Part shown: in pieces, positions 1-10,326 of the stretch | How positions within the stretch are numbered: the stretch's first letter is position 1 | Layout of the letters: every line of letters starts with the position of its first letter | Assembly: GCA_963663225.1 (NCBI GenBank) | Contig: OY760142.1 | Location: forward strand, 2,880,001 to 2,944,000 | Source of the DNA: Nitrospirota bacterium | Lineage (GTDB): Bacteria; Nitrospirota; UBA9217 | Length of the DNA: 64,000 nt | Direction of reading: 5' to 3' | Made by a program: the position numbers and the translations under genes | Notes under the pieces: generated by a model | Told to the model about the DNA's origin: nothing | What the model saw: only the letters and a program-made list of their open reading frames with translations | Database searches by the model: none

Positions 1-5
1 GATGA

Positions 6-1760
6 CTATAATTCCGCTGCAAGATCGGGGAATCGATCTTCCATGAAATTTTCTGCCGCTTTTCTTGCAAGAGCCGCAGTAGGTTGCTGCATAACAAGCG
101 ATGCAAGTTCAACAGCGTCCTGCATGCGGACCGATCTGACGACTTTTTTAATCCAGGAAATCGAAGTGACATTCATACTGAGATATTCAAAACCCATGCC
201 GATGAGAATCGCTGCATAGAGCGGATCGCCCGCCATTTCTCCGCACATGGCAAGCCGGACGTTTGCCTGATGTGCGGCGTCCGATACGCGCTGAAGCAGG
301 CGCAAGACGGCAGGATCAAGGGGTTCATACATGTACGCAACATGCTCATTCAGACGATCGATCGCAAGTGTATATTGTATCAAATCATTGGTTCCGACGC
401 TGAAGAACACAACTTCACGGGCAAGAACATCGGAAATTAAGGCGGCAGAAGGGACTTCAATCATGACTCCGATTCCGACATTTTCATCGAATGTCTTCCC
501 CTGGGAACGAAGTTGAACTTTTATATCTTCAATGAGTTTTTTCGCCTCAAGAAGCTCCGAAAGAGAGGATATCATGGGAAGGAGAATTTTGATATTTCCA
601 TGAGCGGTCGCGCGAAGAATGCCGCGAAGCTGCGTTTTAAACATTTCCCGTTTATGGAGACAGTAGCGGATGGCGCGGAGCCCGAGAGCCGGGTTCTCTT
701 CTTTTTCGAATTCCCCGGATGTTGCAATCTTGTCACCGCCGATGTCAAAAGTCCGAATTACTACTTCGTTCGGAAAAGCTTTTTCCGCGACATGGCAATA
801 TGCTTGATAGTGTTCCTCTTCGGTCGGCAGATTCCCTCTGTTCAAATACAGAAATTCCGTGCGATACAGTCCGATGCCGACTCCGCCATGGTCTGCTACT
901 GAGGCGACTTCTTCCGGCAGTTCAATATTGCCTTGAATATGGATCACGTGGCCGTCGAGAGTGACGGCGGGAAGTGTTTTGAGCTTTTCGAGTTCCTGTT
1001 CAAAGTAAGTGTATTGTCTTTTCTTCTTCAGGTAATCCAGGAACGTCTTTTCATCCGGATCGACAATCACAACGCCGTGGATTCCATCAAGAATTATGAC
1101 ATCGCCGGTTTTAACTTCAGCAGTGATATTTTCAAGGCCGACGGCCGCGGGAATACCAAGGGAGCGCGCAAGAATAGCGGTATGAGACGTGCGGCTTCCA
1201 GCTTCAGTAACAAAACCGAGGATTTTATCCTTCCGCATCATCAGTGTATCGGAAGGCGCGAGGTCATGCGCAATTATTACGGCTTCTTCCTTAATATCCG
1301 CGAGACTTTCCTGCTCGTGGCCAAGCAGATTCCGGAGTATTCTTTCACCAACCTGCTCCACGTCATGTTTGCGTTCGCGCAAGTATTCATCTTCAATCAG
1401 ATCAAAATTATGGCTGATGGCGGTAATCGTTTCCTTCAGAGCCCCTTCTGCATTAACAAGGGAATTTTTGATCCACGTGACGGCATCTTCTATCAATTTC
1501 TTATCATCAAGCAGCATGATGTGTGTATCGAGAATATACAAATGTGATTTGCCAAGCCCTTTGCTGATGCGGTTTTTTAGGTCTTGCAGTTGTTTTTTGG
1601 ATGCTTCAACTGCGTTTTTAAACCGAAGAATCTCCTCCTTGACATTCCCTTCCTGGATCCTTCGTCCGGCGATAACCACTTTTCGACGATCAAGCAAGTA
1701 TGCACGGCCTATAACGATACCCGGCGATGCTACAATTCCTTTATGTATTCTTTCTTGCAT
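6..1760 (-). CDS. ptsI: Phosphoenolpyruvate-protein phosphotransferase (PTS enzyme I)
   Basis: 584 aa; ASPGIVIG N-terminus, TSHTAILARSLGIP phospho-His motif, GLYRTEFLY, RTFDIGGDK, ENPALGLRAIR, SVGTNDLIQY, MCGEMAGD; no N-terminal GAF. Confidence 0.97.
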   Translation of the reverse strand: MQERIHKGIVASPGIVIGRAYLLDRRKVVIAGRRIQEGNVKEEILRFKNAVEASKKQLQDLKNRISKGLGKSHLYILDTHIMLLDDKKLIEDAVTWIKNSLVNAEGALKETITAISHNFDLIEDEYLRERKHDVEQVGERILRNLLGHEQESLADIKEEAVIIAHDLAPSDTLMMRKDKILGFVTEAGSRTSHTAILARSLGIPAAVGLENITAEVKTGDVIILDGIHGVVIVDPDEKTFLDYLKKKRQYTYFEQELEKLKTLPAVTLDGHVIHIQGNIELPEEVASVADHGGVGIGLYRTEFLYLNRGNLPTEEEHYQAYCHVAEKAFPNEVVIRTFDIGGDKIATSGEFEKEENPALGLRAIRYCLHKREMFKTQLRGILRATAHGNIKILLPMISSLSELLEAKKLIEDIKVQLRSQGKTFDENVGIGVMIEVPSAALISDVLAREVVFFSVGTNDLIQYTLAIDRLNEHVAYMYEPLDPAVLRLLQRVSDAAHQANVRLAMCGEMAGDPLYAAILIGMGFEYLSMNVTSISWIKKVVRSVRMQDAVELASLVMQQPTAALARKAAENFMEDRFPDLAAEL

Positions 1761-1780
1761 ATCTCTCCGTAGAGTGTTCG

Positions 1781-2050
1781 CTATTCTTTTTCGCCAAATT
1801 TATTTTTAAAGAGCACCTCAAGCCCTTCGACTGCTTTGTCTTCGTCTTCGCCGTGCGCGCTGATGGCAACGATACATCCTTTTGCTGCGGCAAGCATCAT
1901 AATGCCCATAATACTTTTACCATCCACTTCAATGCCGTTTTTGATGAGCGATATTTTTGAAGAATACATGCTTGAGCACTTCACAATCTGAGCCGCAGCC
2001 CGTGCGTGCAGGCCAAGTTTGTTTTCTATCAAAAGGTCTTTTTTCTTCAT
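1781..2050 (-). CDS. ptsH: Phosphocarrier protein HPr
   Basis: GLHARAA (His15) and KSIMGIM (Ser46) motifs; start moved to ATG at 2050, which overlaps the EIID stop (TGATG). Confidence 0.95.
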   Translation of the reverse strand: MKKKDLLIENKLGLHARAAAQIVKCSSMYSSKISLIKNGIEVDGKSIMGIMMLAAAKGCIVAISAHGEDEDKAVEGLEVLFKNKFGEKE

Positions 2051-2835
2051 CAAATGACTCCTGTGTATGATAAAATAAGGCAGCATACAGCCAACCCCAG
2101 CATCAGTTTTACCGGGGTTCCGCCCCGTTGCAACAGAACACTCAAAATCAAGGTGGATGCCAGGCCCAGCAACAGCAACACCATGTTTGAAACTCCTACT
2201 GTCGGTTTAAATGCCGGCTGCCAAACGGGTAAAGCACCCAGCATGCCGCCGAGTACGCAGAGCGAAATCACCTTAAACCGCTTCGCCAATCGCGTAAAAC
2301 GATAACGGTTCATAAGATCGACCGCATCGCCGCTGCTCATATATCCCCAGTACAACGCAAAAAATCTGAGCCCTAAGTGCCATGTATTATACATAAAAAG
2401 AAATAAAAACGGCGCCCACCAGACCCCGGTAATAAGGAACGCTGCAGCCACAACAGCAGCCATCGGTTTCAGTGAACCCCAAAAGAAACTATCGCCGAGC
2501 GCCCCGAGCGGCGCCATGAGCGAAGACTTGAGACCGGCAACATCTGCACTCGTATTGTGTCCGGAAGCACGGTCTTGCTCCAACCGTACTGACGCACCAA
2601 GGATGAAAGAGGCAAGATACGGTTGGGTGTTAAAATAACTCATGTGCAGTTTCAAGCGGGCTTCGTATTCCGCTTTGTCGGAATAGAGCTTTTTCAGAAC
2701 CGGTTCAATAGCGTATGCGAAACCCAATGATTGCATTCGTTCAAAGCTCCATGACGCCTGAAGCAGCAACGACCTGCAGAAAACAGCGAGCAAAAATTTA
2801 TTTCTTATTTTTTTATCAGTGCGTTTCACGTTCAC
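2050..2835 (-). CDS. PTS mannose/fructose/sorbose family EIID
   Basis: QASWSFERMQSLGF, FNTQPY, MAPLGALGDSFFWG motifs typical of ManZ-family EIID. Confidence 0.92.
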   Translation of the reverse strand: MNVKRTDKKIRNKFLLAVFCRSLLLQASWSFERMQSLGFAYAIEPVLKKLYSDKAEYEARLKLHMSYFNTQPYLASFILGASVRLEQDRASGHNTSADVAGLKSSLMAPLGALGDSFFWGSLKPMAAVVAAAFLITGVWWAPFLFLFMYNTWHLGLRFFALYWGYMSSGDAVDLMNRYRFTRLAKRFKVISLCVLGGMLGALPVWQPAFKPTVGVSNMVLLLLGLASTLILSVLLQRGGTPVKLMLGLAVCCLILSYTGVI

Positions 2836-3604
2836 TGTATTTCGCTCCCAATAATCCCCCTGCTGTGGTCATTGCTATGAGAACAACAGCAGGAGCATGG
2901 AAAAACTGCCCCAGCGTAACGGCAAGAATGAATCCCGCCAGAAAAACAGCATCAAAGGTTTTGATTGAAAGTTTCCGTATAATTATAGCTATCCCCAGAA
3001 ACGGAAGAATTTTAATATAAAATGACGATGCACGGTGGATATATTCCGGACATTGAGCAAAAATCGTCACCAATACAAGTCCTACGGGGAGGAAAAAAAG
3101 ATAGAGTATGAATGATTTCAAGTAAAATGCCGCAAGCCCCAGCAAGTGGGCTTTGGTCAAAGCATGGCCGACCTTTTCACCCGAAACGTCGGTTACCACA
3201 CCACCCAGCCCGGCAGTCCATTTACGAAGAGTAGTATCTGCCCACATCGTTATCGGAACCATACCAGTCGTCAAAAGCAGGCAAAAACCGACCACGGAAA
3301 GAGGAGCAGAACCGTTGCTTCCCAGCGAAGCGATTGCCGTTGCGGCTATTGAACTGATCGTTGAGTTTGCAGGGACAAAACTGCCGACCGGCATATCGAG
3401 AACCCATATCAACTCAAGAACAGTTCCGATGATGATGCCGGTCATCGGATCGCCGAGGATCCATCCCACGAGCGGTCCTGCTACTATAGGCTGGGAGAGC
3501 ATAAATTGGCCCAGTGCTGTTCTGTCAAGCCCTATGAGGCCTCCGATGCCTGCGATACCAACTATTGCAAGAAGCATATGGGCGTCGAATAATTGCAAGA
3601 CCAT
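2816..3604 (-). CDS. PTS mannose/fructose/sorbose family EIIC
   Basis: Hydrophobic; QFMLSQPIVAGPLVGWILGD..GTVLELIW motif of ManY-family EIIC; lies between EIIB and EIID. Confidence 0.9.
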   Translation of the reverse strand: MVLQLFDAHMLLAIVGIAGIGGLIGLDRTALGQFMLSQPIVAGPLVGWILGDPMTGIIIGTVLELIWVLDMPVGSFVPANSTISSIAATAIASLGSNGSAPLSVVGFCLLLTTGMVPITMWADTTLRKWTAGLGGVVTDVSGEKVGHALTKAHLLGLAAFYLKSFILYLFFLPVGLVLVTIFAQCPEYIHRASSFYIKILPFLGIAIIIRKLSIKTFDAVFLAGFILAVTLGQFFHAPAVVLIAMTTAGGLLGAKYSERETH

Positions 3605-3649
3605 ATCACGAGTCCTTTTGAGAATTCAGCAATCCACAGTTGCTTCTCT

Positions 3650-4138
3650 TCAGCGCCGCGACAGACAGTGAGACACTGCTTCGAAGTGCAGTGGCTTTTG
3701 CGTCGGCACTGTCTGGATATCAACCTGAATTCCGCGTGCTGCAATTTCCTTTAATGCGTTCAGATCCGTTTCATCAACTGCAAGTATATTTAAGAGTTTT
3801 TGTTTTCCCGGCTCATAATGCATTCCGCCGATATTGAGCATTGAGCATTCCAATCCGGCTTTCAGTGCATGCAGGACAGCAGTGGGATTTGAAAACAGAA
3901 GAATGACACGTTCGGCATCAAAAACAGAAGTCATCAGTTGCCTGCAAATCTCATCAACACTGCCAATAACAACTTTGAGCCCTTGCGGCACCGCCAGTTC
4001 CATGATGGAACGCTGAAGAACATTGGACGCCACTGCATCATCAGCTACCAGGATACAAGTCGCTTTTAAAAAATTCACCCAGCCTTCCACCACCTGGCCG
4101 TGTATCAGACGATCGTCTATACGGTTCAAAACTATCAT
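3650..4138 (-). CDS. PTS mannose-family EIIB
   Basis: RIDDRLIHGQV phospho-His motif, LNIGGM. Confidence 0.93.
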   Translation of the reverse strand: MIVLNRIDDRLIHGQVVEGWVNFLKATCILVADDAVASNVLQRSIMELAVPQGLKVVIGSVDEICRQLMTSVFDAERVILLFSNPTAVLHALKAGLECSMLNIGGMHYEPGKQKLLNILAVDETDLNALKEIAARGIQVDIQTVPTQKPLHFEAVSHCLSRR

Positions 4139-4143
4139 AGGAA

Positions 4144-4545
4144 TTACTTTTTCCCCTTCAGCATGTGGCTGGCGATCACGATACTTTTTTGAGCTGCTTC
4201 CTGGACAAGCTTCGCGAGCTCAGAGAGGTTTTTTTCTTCCCGGTGGTTGGCAAATTTGATAAGCATGGAAAGGTTCACCCCGGTGACGACTTCAATTGTT
4301 TCTCCGAGAAAAGCAAGGGCTATATTAGACGGAGTGCCTCCGAACATGTCGGTGAAAAGCATGACGCCTTTTTTATGGTCTACTTCTTTAATGGCAGCCT
4401 GCAATTCTTCTCTGAGCGCATCAGGAGCGCTCTCTTGCTTCACACTGACCGTTGCCACCGCATCGATTTTCCCAACAATCATTTCTGCGGCTTTCAGCAA
4501 CTCGGCTCCCATTTCTTCATGACACACCATCACAAGTCCGATCAT
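4144..4545 (-). CDS. PTS mannose-family EIIA
   Basis: GLVMVCH (phospho-His), DMFGGTPSN, GVNLSML. Confidence 0.93.
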   Translation of the reverse strand: MIGLVMVCHEEMGAELLKAAEMIVGKIDAVATVSVKQESAPDALREELQAAIKEVDHKKGVMLFTDMFGGTPSNIALAFLGETIEVVTGVNLSMLIKFANHREEKNLSELAKLVQEAAQKSIVIASHMLKGKK

Positions 4546-4608
4546 GTTTCCCTCTCCTTTAATCCCGGATTGCTTTTTCAGGCAACCTGTATTCCGAACT
4601 GCACGCCA

Positions 4609-5463
4609 TTACACGCCGATATCCCGATGTTTGATATTTACATCATAACCGCTCTCTTTTAAACGGTCAGCAATCAAAAGGGAAACAGCAACGGAACGAT
4701 GCCGCCCTCCGGTGCATCCAAGACCGATTGTGAGATAACTTTTCCCCTCGCTCCGATAACGAGGGAGAAGAAATTCGATAAAATCCATCAGCTTATCTAA
4801 AAATTTACCGGTGTCCGGGTGGGCCGTTATGAAATCCCTTACCACCTGGGACATGCCGGTATAGGGCCTCAGATGGGGATCAAAATGAGGATTCGGGAGA
4901 AATCTGAGGTCAAACAGGAGATCCAACTCATAGGGAATGCCGAATTTATACCCGAAGGATACCAGTGTAATCACCATGGGTCTGCTGATATCAACTTCTG
5001 AATAGTGTCGTTCTATCGTCTGTCGCAGATCGTGGACCGTATAGTCGGACGTATCGACAATGCGGTCGGCTAATTTTTTTACTTCGGCAAGTGCTTCGCG
5101 TTCTTTCCTGATGGCGTCCAAAAGAGGCGTCAGGCCCCCTGCCAGGGGATGCGGTCTTCTTGTTTCACTGAAACGTCGCACAATCGTTTGATCGGACGCG
5201 TCAAGGAACAGCATTTCGATGGAATTGCCCTGCGCTTTTAACTCGTGATACAGGACAGGAAAACGATCAGGAAAACCTTTTTCCCTGATATCAATGCCGA
5301 TAGCAGAACGGACGGCATCATTAGATTTTTTTGCAAAATCAACAAAAGCCGAAAGCAACGCAAGAGGAAGGTTGTCCACACAGTAAAAGCCCGTATCTTC
5401 AAAAGCCTTCAGTGCTGCGCTCCGGCCAGATCCTGACAGTCCTGTGACAACAATCATGTGCAT
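4609..5463 (-). CDS. rapZ: RNase adapter / P-loop NTPase RapZ (YhbJ/YvcJ family)
   Basis: TGLSGSGRS P-loop, CVDNLP, RRFSETRRPHPL, SFGYKFG, RFLPNPHF, GCTGGRHRSV. Confidence 0.95.
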   Translation of the reverse strand: MHMIVVTGLSGSGRSAALKAFEDTGFYCVDNLPLALLSAFVDFAKKSNDAVRSAIGIDIREKGFPDRFPVLYHELKAQGNSIEMLFLDASDQTIVRRFSETRRPHPLAGGLTPLLDAIRKEREALAEVKKLADRIVDTSDYTVHDLRQTIERHYSEVDISRPMVITLVSFGYKFGIPYELDLLFDLRFLPNPHFDPHLRPYTGMSQVVRDFITAHPDTGKFLDKLMDFIEFLLPRYRSEGKSYLTIGLGCTGGRHRSVAVSLLIADRLKESGYDVNIKHRDIGV

Positions 5464-5467
5464 ACGT

Positions 5468-6352
5468 TTATTCCATCAGCTTCTTTCTCAGTTTTTTTTC
5501 GACTTCCCTGGCAGTATAAATTCCCTGATGTTTTAACTTTTGATTTCTTACAGCAACTTCAATAAGGGTGGCCATATTTCTACCCTGCTTTACTGCAAGC
5601 TTGAGATACGGCAAACTGCCTCCCAGCAGACGATAGCGTTGTTCCCGCAGACCGACCAAGACACCGTGTTCTCCTGGCTGCCATTCTTCAAGTTCGATTA
5701 CCATGCCGATCCTGGACGAACCGAGTGTTGCCGACTCGCCATATAATGCACGGATATCGATAATACCGAGTCCCCGAATCTGCAGGAGGCCGGCGCCCAA
5801 ACTGACTGGCCTTCCGGTTAGTTCTTTGCCGGCTTTTTCAATAACCACCAAATCATCTGCTACAAGTTTGTGCCCCCGAAGAACCAAATCAAGGGCGGTT
5901 TCACTCTTGCCGACGGCGCTTTTCCCTATGATGAGTGTGCCGACTTCAAAAACTTGCACCAGCACTCCGTGAAGGCTTATCTGTGAGGAGAGCTTTTCAA
6001 CCAGGATGCGTGACAATCTTTGCATATTTCCGGTTTTTATAACCGGAATATTCGCCGCATCAGCTCGGAGCAGAAGTTCTTTACATGTTTTAGCGCTGCT
6101 GAGTACGATGCAGGCCGGTCTTTGTTCAACGATTATTTGTGCAAGTTGAGACCGCTTGGATCGTTGCAGCGAACAGAGATATGCTTCCTGACTTGGACGA
6201 ATATGAACAGCATGTGATGCCCATCCTCGTTTTCCCATATGAAACGAGAGGTCGGGTGCAAGTATCTGAGCAGATTTGATGACTTTCTTTAAGCCGGAGT
6301 GTCCCGCAAGAATGGGGGAGCCTTCTCCCAAGGTTTTTACCGTAATATTCAT
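5468..6352 (-). CDS. hprK: HPr(Ser) kinase/phosphorylase
   Basis: HGVLVQVF, GKSAVGKSETAL Walker A, LVADD, IRGLGII; divergent N-terminal domain. Confidence 0.92.
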   Translation of the reverse strand: MNITVKTLGEGSPILAGHSGLKKVIKSAQILAPDLSFHMGKRGWASHAVHIRPSQEAYLCSLQRSKRSQLAQIIVEQRPACIVLSSAKTCKELLLRADAANIPVIKTGNMQRLSRILVEKLSSQISLHGVLVQVFEVGTLIIGKSAVGKSETALDLVLRGHKLVADDLVVIEKAGKELTGRPVSLGAGLLQIRGLGIIDIRALYGESATLGSSRIGMVIELEEWQPGEHGVLVGLREQRYRLLGGSLPYLKLAVKQGRNMATLIEVAVRNQKLKHQGIYTAREVEKKLRKKLME

Positions 6353-6840
6353 TTATGCTGAATATCCTGGGGTTGCGGGTATTTATTGTCTTCCTCGAAT
6401 ATGAGCCGTTGAATCTGTTCCCGTTGAGAAACCTGTTTCAAATTTTCACGGAGAAGAGGATTCTTCAATATGCGCGATATCCTGGCAAGGGCCTTCAGAT
6501 GGTCTCCCGGCTTGTCATCAGGCGTTATCAAAAGAAAAAAAAGAAATACCGGTTTTTCATCTACCGATTGAAAATCAACGCCTGTGCTTGACCTGCCGAA
6601 TGCAACGATCATCTCCGGCAGAAGGTGTAATTTGGCATGAGGGATCGCCACACCGTCACCTATGCCCGTCGTGCCTATTGCTTCGCGCTCGGTCAGAAGT
6701 TTTACCAGTTCTTCCTCGTCTTGTATTCTCCCTGTTGATTTGAGGAGTCTCGAAAATTCTCGGATAACCCCCTGCTTGTCGGTCGACGCGATCGTCTCAA
6801 TAACAAGATCCTGATGCAGCATGTCACTGATTGTGGCCAT
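6349..6840 (-). CDS. ptsN: PTS EIIA (Ntr/fructose-type)
   Basis: REAIGTTGIGDGVAIPHAK, HLKALARISR; sits downstream of rpoN-hpf. Confidence 0.9.
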   Translation of the reverse strand: MATISDMLHQDLVIETIASTDKQGVIREFSRLLKSTGRIQDEEELVKLLTEREAIGTTGIGDGVAIPHAKLHLLPEMIVAFGRSSTGVDFQSVDEKPVFLFFLLITPDDKPGDHLKALARISRILKNPLLRENLKQVSQREQIQRLIFEEDNKYPQPQDIQHK

Positions 6841-6851
6841 GACTTTTTCCT

Positions 6852-7385
6852 TTAGGCAGCAGGTTCGATAAGTCCCACATTGCCGTCTTTTCTCCGGTAA
6901 ATGACGCTAATATGACCGCTGGCAGCATTGGAGAAAATAAAGAAGTCCTTATCCAAAAGATCCATCTGCATAACCGCCTCATCGGGCAGCATCGGCTTCA
7001 AATCAAAGCGTTTTATCTTGATAATTTGCGGAATGCGGTCCTCAGGTGAAAAAGCAGCCGATCCCGTTGCAGCCTCTGCCTTATTGGTCAAATGCTTATG
7101 GTCTACTAACTTTTCTTTATATTTTCTGGCCCTTCTTTCAATCTTTTCAATGAGCAGATCAATCGCGGAATACATCTCTTCTGTTTCTTCAGAAGCCTGT
7201 ATCAACAAACCTTTCGACTTGATAACTGCTTCTGCAAAATGATGGACTTTTTTCACAACTGATAACGTAACCACGACCTGAACAGCATTGGGAAGGTATT
7301 TTTCCAACCGGCTGAATTTCTCTGTCGCATACTGTTTGAGAGCATCCGTTACTTCAATGTTTTTTCCCAAGACGGTAACCTGCAT
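6852..7385 (-). CDS. hpf: Ribosome hibernation promoting factor, long form
   Basis: MQVTVLGKNIEVTDAL, MYSAIDLLIEKIER, C-terminal KPM..DEAVMQM..YRRKDGNVGLIE; start at ATG 7385 after a GAGGAGG RBS. Confidence 0.93.
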   Translation of the reverse strand: MQVTVLGKNIEVTDALKQYATEKFSRLEKYLPNAVQVVVTLSVVKKVHHFAEAVIKSKGLLIQASEETEEMYSAIDLLIEKIERRARKYKEKLVDHKHLTNKAEAATGSAAFSPEDRIPQIIKIKRFDLKPMLPDEAVMQMDLLDKDFFIFSNAASGHISVIYRRKDGNVGLIEPAA

Positions 7386-7501
7386 ATGTTTTTCCTCCTC
7401 ATTGTTGAAATCACATCCAACTGTCCGACTGTCAAAAGTCGCGATGCATCTACTATAATCGGGCACAGAAGCTTGTAATGTATAAACTACTTACTTTAAT
7501 T

Positions 7502-8968
7502 TTATCCGATCCGTTTTCTGACGCTTGTGGGAGGAATTCTGAGCTCCTCCCGGTATTTTGCCACAGTCCTTCTGGCGATATCAATCCCCTGACTTTTCAG
7601 CGCATCGACAATTTGCTGATCTTTGAGCGGCGCGGATGGATTTTCTTCTTTAATCATTTTTTGAATAACGTCTTTCACCGTCAGGGATGAGACTTCAGAC
7701 CCGGAACCAGCCAGGAAGCCGGTCGTAAAAAAGTACTTCATCGGGAAAATCCCCTGCGGAGTATGCATAAATTTATTTGTGGTGACTCTGCTGATTGTTG
7801 ATTCGTGCATGCCGATATCTTCGGCCACGTTTTTCAACACCATGGGTTTCAATGAATTGATCCCCTGTTCGAGAAATTCCTGCTGAAATTTGACAATACT
7901 TTCCGCAACTCTGAAAATTGTCTTGTTTCGTTGTTCCATTCCTTTTATGAGCCATTGTGCTGACCGCAGGCGCTCTTCGACGTATTCTTTGGTCGCTTTG
8001 TCTATGGTTTCATTATGATTCAGTAATTTTCTATAATAAGGATTGATACGCACCCGAGGCAGTCCTTCATCATTAAGCTGTACCACATAACGATCCTCAA
8101 TCTTAATCACATAAACATCAGGTACCATATAATTCGTATCTGATGCCAGGTAGGGCCTGCCCGGCTTCGGTTCCAACTCCCGGATAATGATCTGGGAAGC
8201 TTCCATGACTTCTTGTGTCGTGATGTTCAGGGTTTTTGCGATCTGCTGATATTTTCTTTTTTCGAGATCGGAAAGATGTTCTTGGATGATTTTTTCAACC
8301 AGGGTGCCTTGAAGGCATAGTTGCCTTACCTGGATCAGCAAACATTCCCGCAGATCGCGCGCGCCGACACCCATTGGATCAAAACTCTGGATGAGCAACA
8401 ACGCCCGCTCCATGTCCTGCATCGGCAAGCCGGACTGTTGCGCAAGTTCAGCGAGTGTAGCCCGCAGATACCCGTCATCATCAAGGTTGCCGATAATCCA
8501 TTCTCCGCCCTTCACCAGGCCGGGATGAGATGTCGTAAGATGAAGCTGCCAGAGAAGATGATCGCTCAGAGAAGGCAGACGTGTCAGTGTCTGGTCATAC
8601 GAAGGAAGTTCTTTATCATCCGCTTCTAAGGGGCCATAATCGCGGCCATCTCCGAGTTCATTAAGATATTCATCCCACTGGGGACCGAGATCGATATCAC
8701 TTTTGAGTTCTTCATTTTCCTGTGTTTGTTGATTATTTTCAGCGGTAAGGGTTGAAATTTCCGAGTCCGGTGCCGATAAATCCTCTTCGTGGGAAGTTTC
8801 TTCAGCTGATTCAGAAGTCACTTCCTCAATGACTGGATTTTCAGTCAGTTCCTGCGAAACCGACTGGACTAGTTCAAGCCGCGACAACTGCAGCAGTTTA
8901 ATTGCCTGCTGAAGCTGAGGCGTCATGATCAGTTTTTGGTGCAGTTTTAACTCAAGTCGTGCTTCCAT
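7502..8968 (-). CDS. rpoN: RNA polymerase sigma-54 factor
   Basis: MTPQLQQAIKLLQ, GVGARDLRECL, HESTISR, RpoN box ARRTVAKYRE. Confidence 0.97.
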   Translation of the reverse strand: MEARLELKLHQKLIMTPQLQQAIKLLQLSRLELVQSVSQELTENPVIEEVTSESAEETSHEEDLSAPDSEISTLTAENNQQTQENEELKSDIDLGPQWDEYLNELGDGRDYGPLEADDKELPSYDQTLTRLPSLSDHLLWQLHLTTSHPGLVKGGEWIIGNLDDDGYLRATLAELAQQSGLPMQDMERALLLIQSFDPMGVGARDLRECLLIQVRQLCLQGTLVEKIIQEHLSDLEKRKYQQIAKTLNITTQEVMEASQIIIRELEPKPGRPYLASDTNYMVPDVYVIKIEDRYVVQLNDEGLPRVRINPYYRKLLNHNETIDKATKEYVEERLRSAQWLIKGMEQRNKTIFRVAESIVKFQQEFLEQGINSLKPMVLKNVAEDIGMHESTISRVTTNKFMHTPQGIFPMKYFFTTGFLAGSGSEVSSLTVKDVIQKMIKEENPSAPLKDQQIVDALKSQGIDIARRTVAKYREELRIPPTSVRKRIG

Positions 8969-9085
8969 ATTCACCGGAGCGGCAGGGGCCACAACAACCC
9001 ATGAAGAAACAACATGTTTTCTTGAATTATCGTTGATAGCTGAATACGGTCCCTGTGAACTTCATCTCCTCTTTCCTCAATATAA

Positions 9086-9808
9086 TTATAACCGAAAAGT
9101 CTCCCCAAGATAAAATTGACGAACACGCGGGCTTGCAGTAATCTCAGCTGCAGTACCCGCTTCTATGATTTTTCCATCACTAATGATATATGCCCTGTCG
9201 GTGATAGCCAGTGTTTCCCTGACATTGTGGTCAGTAATCAGTATTCCTATCCCCTTGCTTTTTAAAAGAGAAATTATCCCCTGGATATCCTGGAGGGCAA
9301 GGGGATCAATGCCGGCAAACGGTTCGTCCAGAAGGATGAATTTTGGTGAAAGAGTAAGGGCTCGCGCTATTTCCACCCTCCGTCTTTCTCCTCCTGAAAG
9401 TGTGAATGCCCTGCTGTCAGCCAGATGTGCAATCCCCAACTCCGTCAGCAGCTGGTCGCACCGTTCCGCCCGTTCTGCCGACGAAAGGTTCATTGTTTCA
9501 AGAATTGCCAGTAAGTTTTCGGAGACAGTCAACTTCCTGAATACTGATGGCTCTTGCGGCAAATAGCCGATGCCGTTTTGTGCGCGCATATACATCGGCA
9601 TTTTTGTAACATCGGTTCCGTCGAGAATCACCCTGCCCTGGTCGGGTCTAATCAGTCCTACAACCATGTAAAAGGTAGTTGTTTTACCAGCTCCATTCGG
9701 GCCGAGAAGTCCGACGACCTCCCCGTGCTTTACCTGCAGACTGACGCCTTTGACAATTTTTCTTCCGCGGTAACTTTTTTCTAGTTTTTTCGCCTCAAGC
9801 GCTTGCAT
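9086..9808 (-). CDS. lptB: LPS export ABC transporter ATP-binding protein
   Basis: [54 protein letters not shown]; start may be 9820. Confidence 0.96.
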   Translation of the reverse strand: MQALEAKKLEKSYRGRKIVKGVSLQVKHGEVVGLLGPNGAGKTTTFYMVVGLIRPDQGRVILDGTDVTKMPMYMRAQNGIGYLPQEPSVFRKLTVSENLLAILETMNLSSAERAERCDQLLTELGIAHLADSRAFTLSGGERRRVEIARALTLSPKFILLDEPFAGIDPLALQDIQGIISLLKSKGIGILITDHNVRETLAITDRAYIISDGKIIEAGTAAEITASPRVRQFYLGETFRL

Positions 9809-9816
9809 GATGTCCT

Positions 9817-10326
9817 TCATTTTTTATCTTTTTTTACGGGATCCTGTTTTTGCTGGTTGTTCTGATAAAATAATATTTTTCCGCCTTCGACGACACTTCG
9901 CTCATCATGCAAGAAGAGCGTTATTGTTTCTCCGTCAAGCTGGTTTTCATTTTCTACAATGCGGGCGTCACCGGTAAGAACGATTTTTTCCTCACGGCTG
10001 TAATAGAAAGCCTTATTTGAAAACGCTGTTCTGCCTTCTTTCCGGACTACGACATTTCCGTATGCGTCAATCTCTCTAATACCTTTTGTTTTCACATCAT
10101 AAAAAACAGTCATAGAATCTGAAGTAAGCGTCATCCCGCTTTTTTTAAGGACCACATTTCCAGCAAAAGTTACCGTATCGCCAAATTTATCGGCCTCCAT
10201 GGTGTTTGAGGTGATAACAAGCGGTTCCCGGTCCCTTTTATCAAGCCGGGCAGCATGGCAAATTGCTGCAACCAGAAAAAAAGAAACCAGAAAAAACAGG
10301 CTATTCCTGAAGCACTGCTTTAACAT
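9817..10326 (-). CDS. lptA: LPS transport periplasmic protein LptA (OstA-like)
   Basis: Signal peptide; beta-jellyroll motifs FAGNV, AYGNVVV, LTGDA; between lptC and lptB. Confidence 0.88.
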   Translation of the reverse strand: MLKQCFRNSLFFLVSFFLVAAICHAARLDKRDREPLVITSNTMEADKFGDTVTFAGNVVLKKSGMTLTSDSMTVFYDVKTKGIREIDAYGNVVVRKEGRTAFSNKAFYYSREEKIVLTGDARIVENENQLDGETITLFLHDERSVVEGGKILFYQNNQQKQDPVKKDKK